A stretch of 64,000 nucleotides of DNA, from the NCBI RefSeq assembly GCF_009914755.1, contig NC_060936.1; one strand, 5' to 3'. Positions 25,434-40,479 of this stretch are shown in pieces; within the stretch, counting starts at the first letter, position 1; the number at the start of each line of letters is the position of its first letter. The translations under genes were made by a program, and so were the position numbers. The notes under the pieces are model-generated. The model was not told the origin of the DNA, searched no databases, and saw only the letters and a list, made by a program, of their open reading frames with translations. This stretch comes from the human T2T-CHM13v2.0 reference genome, Homo sapiens.

Positions 25434-26689
25434 AAAATTCTAGGATATCACATTTATTATGTCCTTAATTATTATTAAAACAATATAGAGCATAGAATGA
25501 GAGCTAGACAATTTCTTTATGCAAAAAAATGGAAATAATCTTAGGAGGTAATATATGGAAAGCTCATAGCACAGTTACATGACACAGAGTGTTTCATAAA
25601 TAGAATTGTCACAAGTATAGTTTTATTTTGTCCCCATTTCTTTGGTTCACTTTTCCCTCTTTCCTTTCCCCACGTTGGGCTATTGGTTTTATTCTCACAT
25701 ACTGCACATCTCCCAGCATCCCAGAGAATTATCCCGTGATAATTATTATCTGCTTTTCCTCTTTTCTCTTAATAAGTTCCAACATAGTCTTTTTTTAAAC
25801 TGAAATCTTACTAATTACTGTCAAGCCACTTCTGTTTGCAAATAATCTCCTGAGGTCTTTTGCAACTATATTCTCCAAGCATTTGCACTGCATCATCACC
25901 ACAGTCCATCTGTCTTTTTGCTGTGCCCCACGTGAAGCCCAGCAGCTTCTCCCCACCTGTCTAATGCACAACGCTTTCTAACTGTCTTCTCAACTTGTTC
26001 TTCTCTTAACTCAATAATCCACACACTTGAAGTTGGGGGAAACTCATTGCACATAAGTAGATTTTATATTCTTCCAACAGCAGCGCTTCCCCAGCCCATA
26101 ACCTCTGGCCTGTACTATTTTTGTGCTATTTAAAATAGGAAACAAAGAGAGGCGGGATCGCTGACTCAACCAGAGGCTGCATCTAAGCCCAGCTCTGATT
26201 ACAAGTGTCAAGTTCTTTCTGAAATATTTCTGAGGAGTGAGAGAACACGCAGATTTATAGAGTACATACTTCACTGGTTTTTATTTTGGTGGTACGTGTA
26301 GATGAGAAAAGATTAAAAGCCCAAACAAATGTCTAAATCATTGTGCACACTCCTATAGTACATTTCCCAGCCATAGGCACTATAGACAGCACTCTGCAAG
26401 GGAAAATCGTCCCCTACCTTGTTCCTCCCAGGAAATGCAAGGGGAAAACATCCCAAAGAATTAGGAGGGAATTTCCAAATTGTCAAAATATCATCATTCT
26501 CATGAAATATATTATGAGAAAAAAAATGATTCAATTTTCAAAATAAATTATCTTTGAAGTTTTTAGTACCAAAACCTAATTCAAGGGTTTGGGTATGGTG
26601 CAATTCAAGGTGGGATTTATATTTAAGATTTAAGGGCTAAGGATACTATTTCTCCCAGAAATACAAGGCTAGAGGAAGACTAATACAGT

Positions 26690-26940
26690 GATTAGAAAAC
26701 AACAGTTTCATATCTCATGGTGCTGAATTCAACTCCCAGCTTGAACACTCTAACCAAGTAAAATCAGACAAGTTACTTAACCTCTCAAGCATCTAAGCAT
26801 TATGTGTGATACTTAAACTCTCAAGTTTCTCTAAGCACTATCTGTATAATGGGGGCACTAGTGCCTTGCTCTTAGATTTAAGTAGAGCAATGTAGGTAGC
26901 ATGATTTGCAACCATTAAACTAGTTGGTGGCAATTATTAT
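26690..26940 (+). mobile_element. MIR with internal ~37-bp duplication
   Basis: 'gacaagttacttaacctctc' core repeated as 'tacttaaactctcaag...ctgtataatggggg'. Confidence 0.6.
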
Positions 26941-27199
26941 ACAAAATTTACTTTAAAAAACTGTGGTCTTAAATAAAAAGAAATGGATACCCACAATTCA
27001 AGTTCCTATTTTACTGAGGATAATATTTGGAGCAGAGGAGCCTTCCCTAGCTTTTCAAATGACACTAAACAGAAAGCAACTTTTTTTCCCACCTGAAACC
27101 TAGTCTTCCTTCTATATCTCAATCAGTCCCACTCACTCCTGGCATCCAACTCCTCACCACTTTCTTTCCTTTCAAACTGATAATGTTCCTGCCTTTGAG

Positions 27200-28800
27200 A
27201 CTGGTTTTTATTTCAGTGTTAAAACATCAGAGTCCACTGCTTATGCAGCCAACTTTCATATACCAAAATATTCAATACTCAGTATGCAAAGGAAAGATGT
27301 TGATTTCAAAGGCCTTTGGGGGCGGTATAATAATAAGGGTCAGATTACATGTGTGATCAATTTTGGCCTTTTGCATGTCAATTAACGTATTGCACTTGGA
27401 TGTTTTATTGATGGCAAATCCTATAGAGAGATGTTATTATGCTCATATTTTAATGTCTTAGGGGTCAGCATCTCACACACAGATATCCACTGGCATACAT
27501 TCAAATGCAGAATTGCTAGCTTTATCATTTTAAATGATTTAAGCCAATGAAAGGACACTCCATTTGTTTGCTCAATAGTCAATTGAAATGGAAACGGTTT
27601 GCTGAGTGCATCTCCCTTGAAAGTCTCTTCCCCTCTAGTGCCAATTACAGAATATGAAAGGCATACTCCGCACAGCTTGCTCAGGATAATAAATCACTAA
27701 ATTGGAAGCTTCGCTTCCCTTGCTGATTTTGATAAGAAAATTAATAGAATTAGCAGCTTATCTGCTCGACCAGGAGATTCACATTATGAAAAAGAAGAGA
27801 AGGGGGAAAAAAAAAGAAAAGAAAAAAGAATGAAAAAGAAAAGAAACGGAAATCTGTTTCTATGGCCAGGACTGCCTGTATCTCTTCCTGGTGACAGGGA
27901 GACAGTTCAGATAGTTTCTTTTGGCGCCCATATGGTGATAAAGCTCTGTTGGAAACAAAGCGAGAAGCACTATCCATTATTGTCTACTTGTTCTGTTTTC
28001 ATGCATAATTAAAGCTGGACAAAGCCAACATTGGATCAGACGTTAAATAAGGCTGCATTAGGCAAAGTCCAGCAGCAGTCCAACCACTAAGAAACGAAAA
28101 TTCTAAACAAATCAAAATTGGTGAAATTGAGATTATTTTTCAAAAGAGGATTTACTGTCTTGCGTTTTCTTAGGGAAGGGGCTGTTGCAGCGCTTTTTTT
28201 CTTTTTGTCCAGGAGAGGATAATTATTCGCAATAAAGCTGCTGCTCTCGAAACAGAATGGAAAGACAAGAGTCATTTGTTAAAGAAGACCCTTAGTAGCC
28301 TCCTGCCTGCTCCTTTTTTCTTTAAATATATATGAAAATCTGTAATTATTTCTTTGAAGAACATTTTTCAACAGCTGTAAATGATAATGAGCCAATCATT
28401 GTGTGCTCTTTTTTCACTCAGCAGCTGCAGAGCTCCCCATTCAACGCAATTAATTGATATTTGTAAAGTGCTTTGAAACTGAGAAGTGGAGCCTCATAAG
28501 TGCTAAATATTGTTCTTACTGCTGCTGCATTAGAAATTAACAAAGCCAGCCCCTCTTCAGACAGGCCTCAGAAGAACAGCAGTAATTCCAAGTGTCTAAA
28601 AACAATAACCTACAACTCCAAGGCACCCAAAAAAAGATTCAGATTAGTAGACCTTGTTAAGAAACATCAGAGGTTAATCGCTAGAAGATTACTGAAAATT
28701 ATATGTCAAGTGTCGAGCAGAACAAAACTGTAACTCTGCTACATGCATCATTTTCACATGTTTACTCCAACATGTCGGTTTGTAGCATACTTTTTTTCAA
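27200..28800. promoter_or_regulatory. Putative conserved non-coding element / developmental enhancer
   Basis: Essentially repeat-free and AT-rich, with clustered TAAT/ATTA, Pbx-Hox (TGATTTAT on - strand, 27689-27696), TTTTATTG (27403), ATGCATAAT (28001), CATTGT (28397) and TGTTTGC (~27565). Inference only; no conservation data. Confidence 0.45.
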
Positions 28801-30339
28801 AATGCACTTCTCAAGCAATGTATGTTGGAGAAAATAGTGCTTGTTTGTACAAGTCTAAGTTGAGACTTTCACAGATCCTAAGATAACTTAGAAAATGTTT
28901 GGCATTTATATTACTGTCTTTGGCTGAAAAATTCCTCTACCAAACCAAAAGACACTATAGATGATCTCAAACATTTCTTATTTTCTGGCAATATATAGAT
29001 ATTGAAAAATGTTTGAGCACCAGATGTTGGTATGATTTCCAGCAGACTTCACTGTTTTCATTCAATATTTTAGCTTTTTAAAATTTTAACTGATATACCT
29101 TACACCTCTGCTGTCTACGTCACTGACAGCATTAGTGATAAGAGGGGTTGGTACATTAATAATATACATTTCAAAGCACAAAGTAAAAGAGAGTCTCTAT
29201 AGAGATATCTCACAGAGATAGCTGCATTTGAAATACTATTTCTTGGGGCAATAACTCTAGAGATAAAGTCATAAACCTGCTGGCATCCATTGCTGTTAAG
29301 AAGAGCTATGGGTAGCAAAATTCTGCCCCAATGATAGACCAAGTACATGGATACGTTTTCCTTTCCCTGATTCTAAAAAGCAGCAGCTTGCTTGAAAATC
29401 CTATGTTGCTAAACAATTAATTGTTGACCATTCAATACCATTTCTTTATTAAGAAACAGAGATAATTATAGATGGTTAGCACCACCTAGCAATGCTTACA
29501 TACACATTTTGAAACCAAAGATAGGTATCTGTAAGTCAAACAACAGAACTAGTAAGCATGCATACATAATAACTCTACAGGGAAGAAAAATTACAGAACA
29601 CTACGTGATAGACATATCTAAGGCAATCCACTCGTTTTTATGCTACTAAAACAAAAATTGTAACCCATGTAAAGTTTGTTTTTTAAAGGTTGCAGCCAGG
29701 CTTGATACTTTTAATTATAAAGTGATAACTTTTTCAGAATACATGGCTTCAGTAAAGACTTTGAACACTAGAAAATCTAAAGTTATTTTTAAATCTTCCC
29801 TATTGTTAATCTAAATGTTTAAGCAGAACTACAAAGTTTTGTAAACTTAAAGCAAGAATCTGTGGGCTCCTTTTCCCTATCTTTCTGGCTGTCCTGAGGT
29901 TGTCAAACAAAACCAAACTTAATTTCTCTCTAATCAGGCAGGACTGGCTAAAAAAGGCCAGTGAATGACCCTTCTGAAATATGTGCAGATTAAGATTAAA
30001 AGGAGAAGGAAATAATATTAAGGCTCCTCTCCTACAAAATTAAGAAACCTAACGTAGCTCCCCAGAACAAGAGCTCTGCACCTATTTGCTTTTAGAATAT
30101 TTATGACCTTTCTTTTAACATATCTTACGCTAATCTCTCTCCTACAAAAAGGTGGTTTTATTTAAAATGCTGAACAATCTTGACAGTTCTCTCTTCTACA
30201 GTGATGGGACAGAAAAGAGATTTAGCTCGCCAACTTTTCTTTCAACTGGAAATGGGTTTTAATTTAAAATGATGGAAATCAGATCACATAATCATGCAGC
30301 CAAAAAAAAGAATTTGAGAGAAAGAATAGGAAAGATTTT

Positions 30340-30875
30340 GTTGCAAACTTTTTAAAATCACTTTACAATTATAATCTGATTGAATCCTTACAATTCTGCA
30401 AGAGAGGCATCATTGCCCTCATTTTAAAATAAGAAATCTTACTTCTCTGCAAAGTTGACAGAAAAAAAATTTTTTTAAATAAAAAAAATGAGAAATCTGA
30501 GGTTCATGTAGATTAAGAATTTTGCACAAGAGATGGCACTGAAATTTAAACTTAGAACTGTGTAACTCCAAAGTGCGCACACTCACCCATGCCATGTAGT
30601 CTCCAAGCCTGCTACAAATCAAACAATTTTTTTAGTTAGTTGCCATAGCAAATCACCTGCAGAATAAGAGACATCGCTGTACTGTTGTAGTTAAGAGACT
30701 GTCTGTCCATAAGTCCACAACTTACCAGTGGTGGCCTTAGTGAAATTTCTTATTTTCTCTGTAAACTGGAATAAAAATATACCTCAGTTGTCAATTTCGA
30801 GAATTAAATAAAATAATCCACGTAAAGCCCTTGACAAAGAACCTAGCATCTAATGAGAGTTCAATAGGTGTGTTC
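30340..30875. mobile_element. Two MIR fragments in opposite orientation
   Basis: 'aatgagaaatctgaggttca...ctccaaagtgc' (-) and 'ctctgtaaactggaataaaaatatacctc...gagaattaaataaaataatccacgtaaagc' (+). Confidence 0.6.
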
Positions 30876-31839
30876 TGTTAATCTCATTTATAACTATATT
30901 AATGTGGCTAACACAGGGCAGCCTTTCTATCCTGATTTCCTTAATAAAGAAACAATATTGAATTTATTTTTAACTACTAGAGAAACTGTAAATAGCTGGG
31001 TGGCATCACCCAGGTGTCTGACTAATCACTTGAAACCTTTTCCCAAATAACAGCAAACGATTTCAACCTCAAGAACAGTTTTCATCCATATCTGGGTTAG
31101 CACACCTTTCAAGCCTTAGCACATTTGTTCTGCACTAATAATAAAATTAGATTATGCCTACTTCATATAAGCAGTAAGAAGCTAATCCCTCATAAAGCAC
31201 AGTCTAATATGTTTTTTTAACCATGAATCAACTAAGCTGCTGACCAAATAGATCTCGCAATGCCTAGTAAGTACTATTTCTTACCTCATAATTTACTTTC
31301 TGACTTTGTTCATTTCACATAGATGAACTCAAATCACACCTGAAGCTTGCTGAACCTGTGCTGATAAATTTCAGTTGACCTATAATTTGTGATACCAAAA
31401 AGTCAATACAAAAGAACTAGATTCTTCCTTCATAACTTCAAATACTTGCCAGGTTCATTAAAAACAAACAAACAAACACATGTTCTGGAAATGCGACAAT
31501 GCATTCAGACCTAGCTCTTGTTTGCATTGCTGTATCTGCAGTGAAAGACATAAGGATAATTTAGTGAGGCATACACATTGCCTCCATATCTCTTTAAAAT
31601 AGAACTAAATAACAGCAAATATGAATAATCCTGTTAAGTCCTCAGGACGCTTCCAAGAGTTTAATTCTGCATTGTGCCTCTCAGCCCAGAATCTCTTTAA
31701 CCACACAAATGATAATGACTATCTTCAATGCTTTTCCACTGTCAAGCGATGTTGTGTTTTAGTACAGGACTGATTGACTCTAACAGTACTGCTCTTAAAC
31801 ATAGATAAATAGGTTTTCACCTACAACTTTGAGTGTCAC

Positions 31840-32292
31840 TATGATGGGTTGAACTGTGTCTCTCCCCCTCCGCCGCTCCCCCAAAAAATTCATGTTGCAG
31901 TCCCTTAGAATGTGACTATTTTGGAAACCGTGTCTTTACAAATGTCATCAGGTTAAAATGAGGTCATTAAAGTGGGCCCGAATCCTATATGACTGATTTC
32001 CTTATAAAAATGGGAAATGTGAACACACACAGAGGGAAGAGAGTGCGAAGACACACAGGGAGAAGACAGCCATATGACTAGAGTGATGCATCTACCAGTC
32101 AAAAAACACCAAGGATTCCCAGCAAACACCAGAAGCTACAAGAGCCAAGGAAAGATTATCCCTGAGACAGCATGGCCCTGCAGACACCTCGGTCTTGGAC
32201 TTCTGGCATCCAGACTGTGAGTCAACACATTCCTGTTGTTTGAAACCATGCAGTCTTTGGGACTTTGTTGTGGCAGCCTTGGGAAACTAACA
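31840..32292 (+). mobile_element. MLT1C solo LTR
   Basis: 'gggttgaactgtgtc...gaatgtgactattttggaaac...ttaaaatgaggtcat...gacttctggcatccagactgtgag...gcagccttgggaaactaaca'. Confidence 0.8.
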
Positions 32293-33029
32293 GAGCCACC
32301 ATCACAGCCCATTTCTTCAGTGCCTGTTTCTCCTGGGAAAATTAAACATTATTCTAGGGGTGGAACACTAATTCCAACCCACATGAAAATTCTGATGAAA
32401 TTTTAAGGAATCCTGGAGTGTTGTTTTGGAACGAGTTCTCAGGTCAAGTCCAAGATCAGCAGAAAAGTACACCATGACCACTTACTTTAGGTGCAGGAGG
32501 AGGCCCATTGTTATAACGCCACACATTTGCTATGACTACATTAAACCTTCTTCAGTCATCACTGCCCTAGTATAAATTATTTTCTCAGAGGATTTCCAAC
32601 ATAGACCCTATGAGAGTAGAATTTTGTAGAAATGATTTAAAAATAGATTCAGAGAAACAGACATTGCTCTAAGAGAACTGGTCTGGGGAAGAGCCCTGTG
32701 TAGCCTGGGATTACTTGAAGACCCTGGAACCCCAGAGATCTAGAAAGCTGTTCAGAAGAAAGGAGAAAGGACAATCTCTGTCACCTACACCACAGTTTTT
32801 TCCAGAGAGCTCTGCTGCTTATCTCTATCAGGATATACGTTTGGTCATTAAAACACCAAAACCATCAGATTCCTATTCAACTATAATGACCCATCCTTAT
32901 AGACTACAAGACAATGTTTTTGTCACACAGTAGTTCCATATTAATTATTGCATATCATGGTAAGTAAAATAGTAGGGGCAAGAAAATAGAAGGCCCATGT
33001 TTAAAAGGAAATGATTATATAATAAAGTT

Positions 33030-35830
33030 GTATTGCAGGTCAAAAGAAGAGGATAGTCAATTACTAGGGCTGAGCCATTTTGCTAACCACCTGGAAAATG
33101 TTAAGTCAGATCCTTACTTTCACACCACAAAGGAAAACAAATCTGGATGAATTAAAAGTCTAAATATTAAAAATAAGAATACGGGCAGTATTTCTGTAAT
33201 CTCAGTGTGGGAAAACCTTCCCAAGCAAGACTCAGAGGCCTAAAGAAAATGACTGATTCAGCCAATAACAAAATTAAACATTTCTAAGATTTAAAAATAC
33301 TATTAAAAATGTTAAAAGACAAATAGCAAACTGGAAAAAATGGTAAACACATTTATATATCCAAGTGAACACTGACTATAAAAACTGTTGTAAAACATAA
33401 TAATGTCTTCTACAGTTTCAAATATATGAAGCATTAATTCATGACAACAATAGAAGACAAGTTGATAAAACTAAAGTTAAAGTGACCTAAACTTCTTGTA
33501 TTATCTGAGAAAAGAGTAAGAGCAACAATTAGCATTAGACTCTTATAATCTAAGCTTGTATGTTGTAATATGTAATAAAAGACTAATAAAACAATATGTA
33601 GCTTCCAAACTAGAGGGAGAATATGAACCTAAAGAAAGACAAAAAAAGAGAAAAAAAGAGGGACAAAAAAGAGGTAGGGCAAATAGAAAGCACACACTAA
33701 AATGTTCAAACTAAAGTGTTTTTTAACCCAAGTACATGAATAATTACAATAAATGTCTATGAATAAGTTCTACAATTAAAGATGAATGTTTTCAAATTTG
33801 AATTTTAAAAAAAGTATAAGCAATATATATCTGAACTGCAAGAATACAGAAAGAGCGAAAGGAGGTGAAATAAATACAATGCAAAAACTAATCCAAAGAA
33901 AGTTGATGTTAGCTTATTAAAGAAAAAATAGAAATAAATGGTATACTTTATTCTAAAAGAATCAACTCACCAGAAAGACAAACAGTTCCCTATTTGTATG
34001 CATGTAACATTACCTCAAAAATTTTAAAGCAAAACTTGACAAAACTACAAGGAGAAATATAAATCTACACTCACAGTAGTGATTTTGAAACACCACACGA
34101 AATCAAGAAAGATGAAATAAATGTGAAGACTGTAATTTGCCCAAATGCACATTTATTGAAAACTGCACCCAACAACTGTGAAACAAATAATCCTTTGAAA
34201 AACACAAATCATCTGCAAAACTTGTCTATATGCTGAGCGGTAAAGCAAGTCTAAAAAAATTTCAAAGCACTGATATCATACTGAGTTTGTTCTCTGATTA
34301 CAGTGCAATTAAGCTTGAAATCAATAAAAAAACAGAAAATTACCTAATATATGGAAATTAAGTAATAAACATCTAAATAACTCATAAGTAAAAGGGAAAA
34401 AATCACAATGAAGTTAGAGTAGATTTTTAGCTGAATGATAACAAAAAAAAATACCATTTGCCAAAATTTGTGGGATGCAACTAAAGCTGAGTTCAGAGGG
34501 AATATAATCTTAAACACATATTTAGAAAAGAAGAAAAACTAAAAATCAAGTAAGCTTCCATCTCAACAAGCCTAAAAGCAGAAAATAAAACCAAGATAAC
34601 AGAAGGAAAGGAATCATAAATATAAGAGCAGAAATTAATGAAGTAGAAAAGAAATAACCAGTAGAGAAGATCCACAAAGCAAAAAGTTGGTACTAAAAGA
34701 ACTAATATAATAAGATTGAGCAAAAACCAGTGAGACTGATTAATTTTAAAAAATATACAAATAACAAATATCAGAATAGAAAGAGAGTCATCACTACAAA
34801 TGTTACCTAGGTATAAAAAAGATAACAAAAGGAAATTATGCACTACTTTATGCCAATAAGTTAGAAAATTTATATAAAATGTACAAATCTTAGAAAAACA
34901 ACTTATCTATTGTAACTGAAACAAGAAGGATAGAAAGCAAAGCAATCTTATATTTTAAAAATGGAATCTGCATTTTAAACCTTCCCCTTGCTCTCCCAAA
35001 AAAGCAAAAATGCCTGACCAAACAGCAAATTCTCCTAAATATTTAGGAAAGAAATAATGCCAATTTTAAACAAACTCCTTCAGAAAATTTTTTAAAAAAC
35101 AGAACAATTATGTACACATTTTATGTAGCTAGCTTTTCCTTACTACAAAAAACTGACAAGGAAGGACATTATGTGAAAAGAAAATGACAGGCCAATTTAA
35201 CACATATGTTAAAACCTTTAGCAAACTATTAGCTAACCAAATCAGCAACTTTTTATAAAGAAAAATACACCCCATAGCCCAGTTGAATTTATCCCAGGAA
35301 TATAAGGTTGGTTTACTATTCCAAAAAATCAGTGTAATTCACCATGTTAATAAAGGAGAAATATCATTTCATTATCTCAATAGCTGCATTAAAAGCATTT
35401 GATTATAGTCAACATCCATTTACAACTTAACACACACACAGACACATACACATCTTTGCAAACTCGAAATAGAAGGGAATGCTCCTAATCTTAAACCTAC
35501 TTATCAAAAACAACAATATCCACCATATCAAATGGTAAAATGTTGAAAGCAGTCCCTTTAAGATGCAAATGAGACAAATATACCTATTACAGATATTTTT
35601 ATTAAACATTATACAGGAGGTGCTAACCACTGCAGTGGAGCCAGGAGATAAAAGACCTACCTATTGCAAAGAAAGAAATAAGCTTTTATTTTATACAATC
35701 AATATGACTGCATATGTAGAAAATCTAAAAGAATAAGGAGACAAATATAACAACAATAAAAAGACAAAGTATATGAAAAAGGAGCTTGCAAAAAAGTTGA
35801 CATCAGACAAAGAAGAGTAGTCTCTGAGAG
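33030..35830 (+). mobile_element. Old L1M: inter-ORF region and ORF2 (EN/RT), degenerate
   Basis: 'ttctctgattacagtgcaattaagcttgaaatcaat', 'aatttgtgggatgcaactaaagc', 'tttatcccaggaatataaggttggttt', 'gactgcatatgtagaaaatctaa'. Confidence 0.8.
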
Positions 35831-36374
35831 ATAAAAATCAAATATGATACATCTATCATTGCCTGAATTTAGTCTGTAGACCACAGAACAGGGAGGTGAA
35901 AGCCAGGCAGAGCCCAGAGGACTGCTCTAGTTGAGGAAATGGAGCTTAGAGCCCAGGGAGAACAGGACAAACAGGGTTTACAGGGTCAGAAAAGAAAGAG
36001 TTGAACGAAGATAATCCCAGAGATCTGCAGAGGGTCCTTTTCTACATAGTATTCAGCAAAGTAGCGATCAGCAGACATATGAAAGGACACTACCCAAGGC
36101 CAAGGAAAGAACCATCCAAAAGGCTTAGAGGAAACAGTATTCAGTGTTCACACACAGGCCAGAATAGTGTCTGTGCCCATGAGTCAAACTGAAAACCTCT
36201 TAGTAGACACAGCATTGGGTAGAGAACTCAAAAGGATTTTGCCTCAATAATGGAAAATAACTTGTCCTATACTAAACGCCAATCTGTCCCTGCCTAAAAA
36301 ATGCCCAAAGTTTGAAAGGATCAACTGTTTCCAGTAACTTAATTGCATCCCAGAACAAAGCTCAATAATATTTA

Positions 36375-36816
<442 letters not shown>

Positions 36817-37054
36817 TTATTAACCTAGAATTCTGTACCGAGTGAAGACAGCCTTCACAAATTAAAGTAAAATAGCTGAGTAGATTTATCACGAGCAGAC
36901 ACACATTACAAGAAATGTTCATGGATTTGCTTCAGGCAGAAGGTAAATAATACCAGATGCAAATATGAATCTACACAAAAGAACAGCACTGAAAGAGTTA
37001 CCTATACTAGTAAATATAATTTTTTTTATATCTCTTTAAAAGATAATTAGTGAC

Positions 37055-37225
37055 CCTAATAGGTATGGGGTTCCTTTTTGGGGTGATGAAAATGTTCTAG
37101 AGTTAGACAGTGGTGATGATTACACAACCTAACGAACATACTAAAAACCACTGAAATATACATTTTAAAATGATGCATTTTACAGTATGTACATTATATC
37201 TTGATGCAAATAAATAATAAATATT
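37055..37225 (+). mobile_element. L1MB 3' tip
   Basis: 'taataggtatggggttcctttttggggtgatgaaaatgttctag...actaaaaaccactgaa'. Confidence 0.75.
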
Positions 37226-39522
37226 TTTAAATAATTGACTGATTAAACAAAACTAATAACTATGTATAATGCAGTTTATAACATAAGTAAAAGAAAAATA
37301 CATGACAATAATAAATGTTAATTGTCCCAAAAGTGACTTACAAATTAATTGCATGCCTATTCAAAATTGCAGCAGGATATTTTTGTATAAATTGATAAAC
37401 CTATCCTAAATCTCATATAGAAATGCAAATGACCTGAAGAGCGAAAACAGCTTTGAAAAGGAATAACAAATGTGCAGGATCCATAAGAATATAAAAATCT
37501 TAAAGACTGAAAATACCCACTGTTGTCAAGGGTACAGAATAAGAGAAACTGTCTTATGGTGTTGTTAGGAGTCTAAATTGCATACCCTATGAGCCAGCAA
37601 TTCCACTCCTAGCTATATACTAACAGGAATACAGGCACATGTGTACAAGGAGACACCTACTAAAGTGTTCCTATCATAGCATCACACATCACAATAACCA
37701 AAACCTGGAAACAATCCAAATGTTCATCAGTAGTAGAACAGATCAACTGTTGTCAACTTTTATACAATGGAATTCTAAGCAAGGAAGAGAAATAACATGG
37801 ATAAATCATATAAGCATGATGCTGATAGAAAGGAATCTCTGATATACCTTATGCGTAATTCTGTAAAGTTCAAAAATAAGCAAAAGTAATCCATGGTGTT
37901 AATAGATGCCTACTTGGATGGAAAAGTACAACAAAGTAATCACCACCAAAAATAAGAAGATACTGGTTATCTTTAGTGGAGAGGGAGTGAGCTTTCATTA
38001 GGAACGGGCAGCCAGGAGAACTTCCAAGATACTGATAATGTACATTTTCTTAATTTAGATCATGGTTACATAGGATTTATTTTATGACAATTCATTACGT
38101 TTCTACATGTATGTTTTACGCATATTTTCATAAGTGATACACAGTTTGAAACTGAAATGCCTGGGGAAAAAAAAACATTTACTTTCATTATAGTAGAATT
38201 TGGATTATAGCTATATGTTGAATCTGCTCTCTTTAATCTAAATAGACTACAAAATATTTTTAAATATGAAATAAAAAATTTAAAATATATAACATACTTC
38301 TAAAGCATGGGGAAATAAAAGATTCTGAAATTTCTGGAAGTGAATAGGAATGGATAAAATGATAAGAGAATGGAAATTTAATCAATAGGAAGAAATAGCT
38401 TCTATTCTCAGCTAGCTTAAAATCTTTGGAAGAGTAGTGGTAAAGAATAAACAATCCTTATCCCTCTTTCTTTACTCAATCAAAAGCACTTAAGCTCTTT
38501 CCAGGAGTATAATATAAATATGAGTAATGGAATTGATTTTCTATCAAACACACAAGAAAAAATCAGATGAGCTCTATTCCTTTCAAGGTATTCATCTCAG
38601 GAAGTTAGACACTTTTTGCAATGAAGCTTTATTAATGCAAACATTTTGGCATGCCTCTTGAAGACCTGCCTTTAGCGCCTATGGCATTCTTTAATAACCT
38701 TCAGGATGGTAAATTCAGCCTCTGAGAATGAACTGAGAAAGTGATTTGGCTCTATGTCTGATAAATAATACACGTAAACTCTTTCACTCAGAATGCATTG
38801 ATTTGATGTAAAAATCAAAATATGGCTGTAAAGGAATGGGACTAGTATTAAAGGAAATTCCTAAAGAAAAGTTCCTTCTGAAAAATAGTTTGAACGATAA
38901 CACCATTATTGAAATAAGATTCTTGCATCTTAAGTAACTACCTTAGAGATAAGCACAGACTTCGTTCACTTACTCAAAAAATGTTAATTGAAGTCCTTTT
39001 GCGTACCAGACATTGTTCCAGACCCACTTAGGGATAAAGCAGGGAATTCAATGGGCAAAAACTCTGCCCTCATGTAGATTACTTGAATATATGCTTATTA
39101 AAAGTCTGCCTCATAATCTACTTTCACTTTCTGGATTCGTATGTTTAATGTTCTCCGTGGTCTTTACAGCATTTTTACAGTATTACAGGATTTCTGAAAG
39201 TACATCAGGGTTTATATCTCTGTCCAACGAGATGCTACATGTATGTAAATGGTAAATTTCCAAATGGCTTTCCCAGTGGAAAATCAAGGCTTGCTTATCT
39301 TTAACTTCAGAGCTTTTAGTAAAGAAATGTAGTTGATACCCCAAAAATACATGCTTGTTTTTTGTTTGCTTGACAAGATTAAAATTCACTGGTGTATTCA
39401 TAAAAACTAGAATATGATCATTTTGACTGGGCCTTGTACAGAGAATTTGGTCAAGTAGATTCTCTAATTACCTAGCAATGACAGCATTTTCCAAGGTGCC
39501 CAAGGAAGAGGGCATCCCACTA

Positions 39523-39884
<362 letters not shown>

Positions 39885-40061
39885 ATGAAACAGGATGTCA
39901 GCGTCTGGAAATCAGTTGGCACACACTCAGCTACTAATCAGACCTGAAAAATAAAAGCTAGCATACTAACCAAACTCAGAATCAAAGAGTCAGAATTTTG
40001 TGATCGCCCCCATCACCATCATCCAACAGCTTCTGACACCGCCACCACCTCTAATCCTACC

Positions 40062-40333
40062 TCAGCTCTGTCGCCCAGGCTGGAGTACATTAGTGGGATC
40101 TCGGCTCACTGCAGCCTCCACCTCCAGGGCTCAGCTGATCCTCCCACCTTGGCCTCCCGAGCAGCTGGAACCACAGGTGCGAGCCAGTCCACACGGCCAA
40201 TTTTTTTATTTTTTTGTATTATAGAAAAGGAGTCTTGCTATGTTGCCAAGGCCGAACTCCTAGGCTCAAGCGATCCTCCCGCCTTGGCCTCCCAAAGTGT
40301 TGGGATTACAGGCGTAAGCCACGGCGTCCAGCC
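40062..40333 (-). mobile_element. AluJ-type (tail missing)
   Basis: 'ctctgtcgcccaggctggag...ggctcaagcgatcctcccgccttggcctcccaaagtgttgggattacaggcg'. Confidence 0.9.
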
Positions 40334-40479
40334 TTTGATTCTATTTTACAGGTGAATGGAAAGGCTTTGCTCAACGTTCAAACGCCGCTGCCCAACCTCT
40401 CTGCAAAGAGAAAATTGTGTCTGTTGTTTACTGACACAATTAGCAATGGGTTTGAACACAATCTGCAAGGAAGAGGAAA

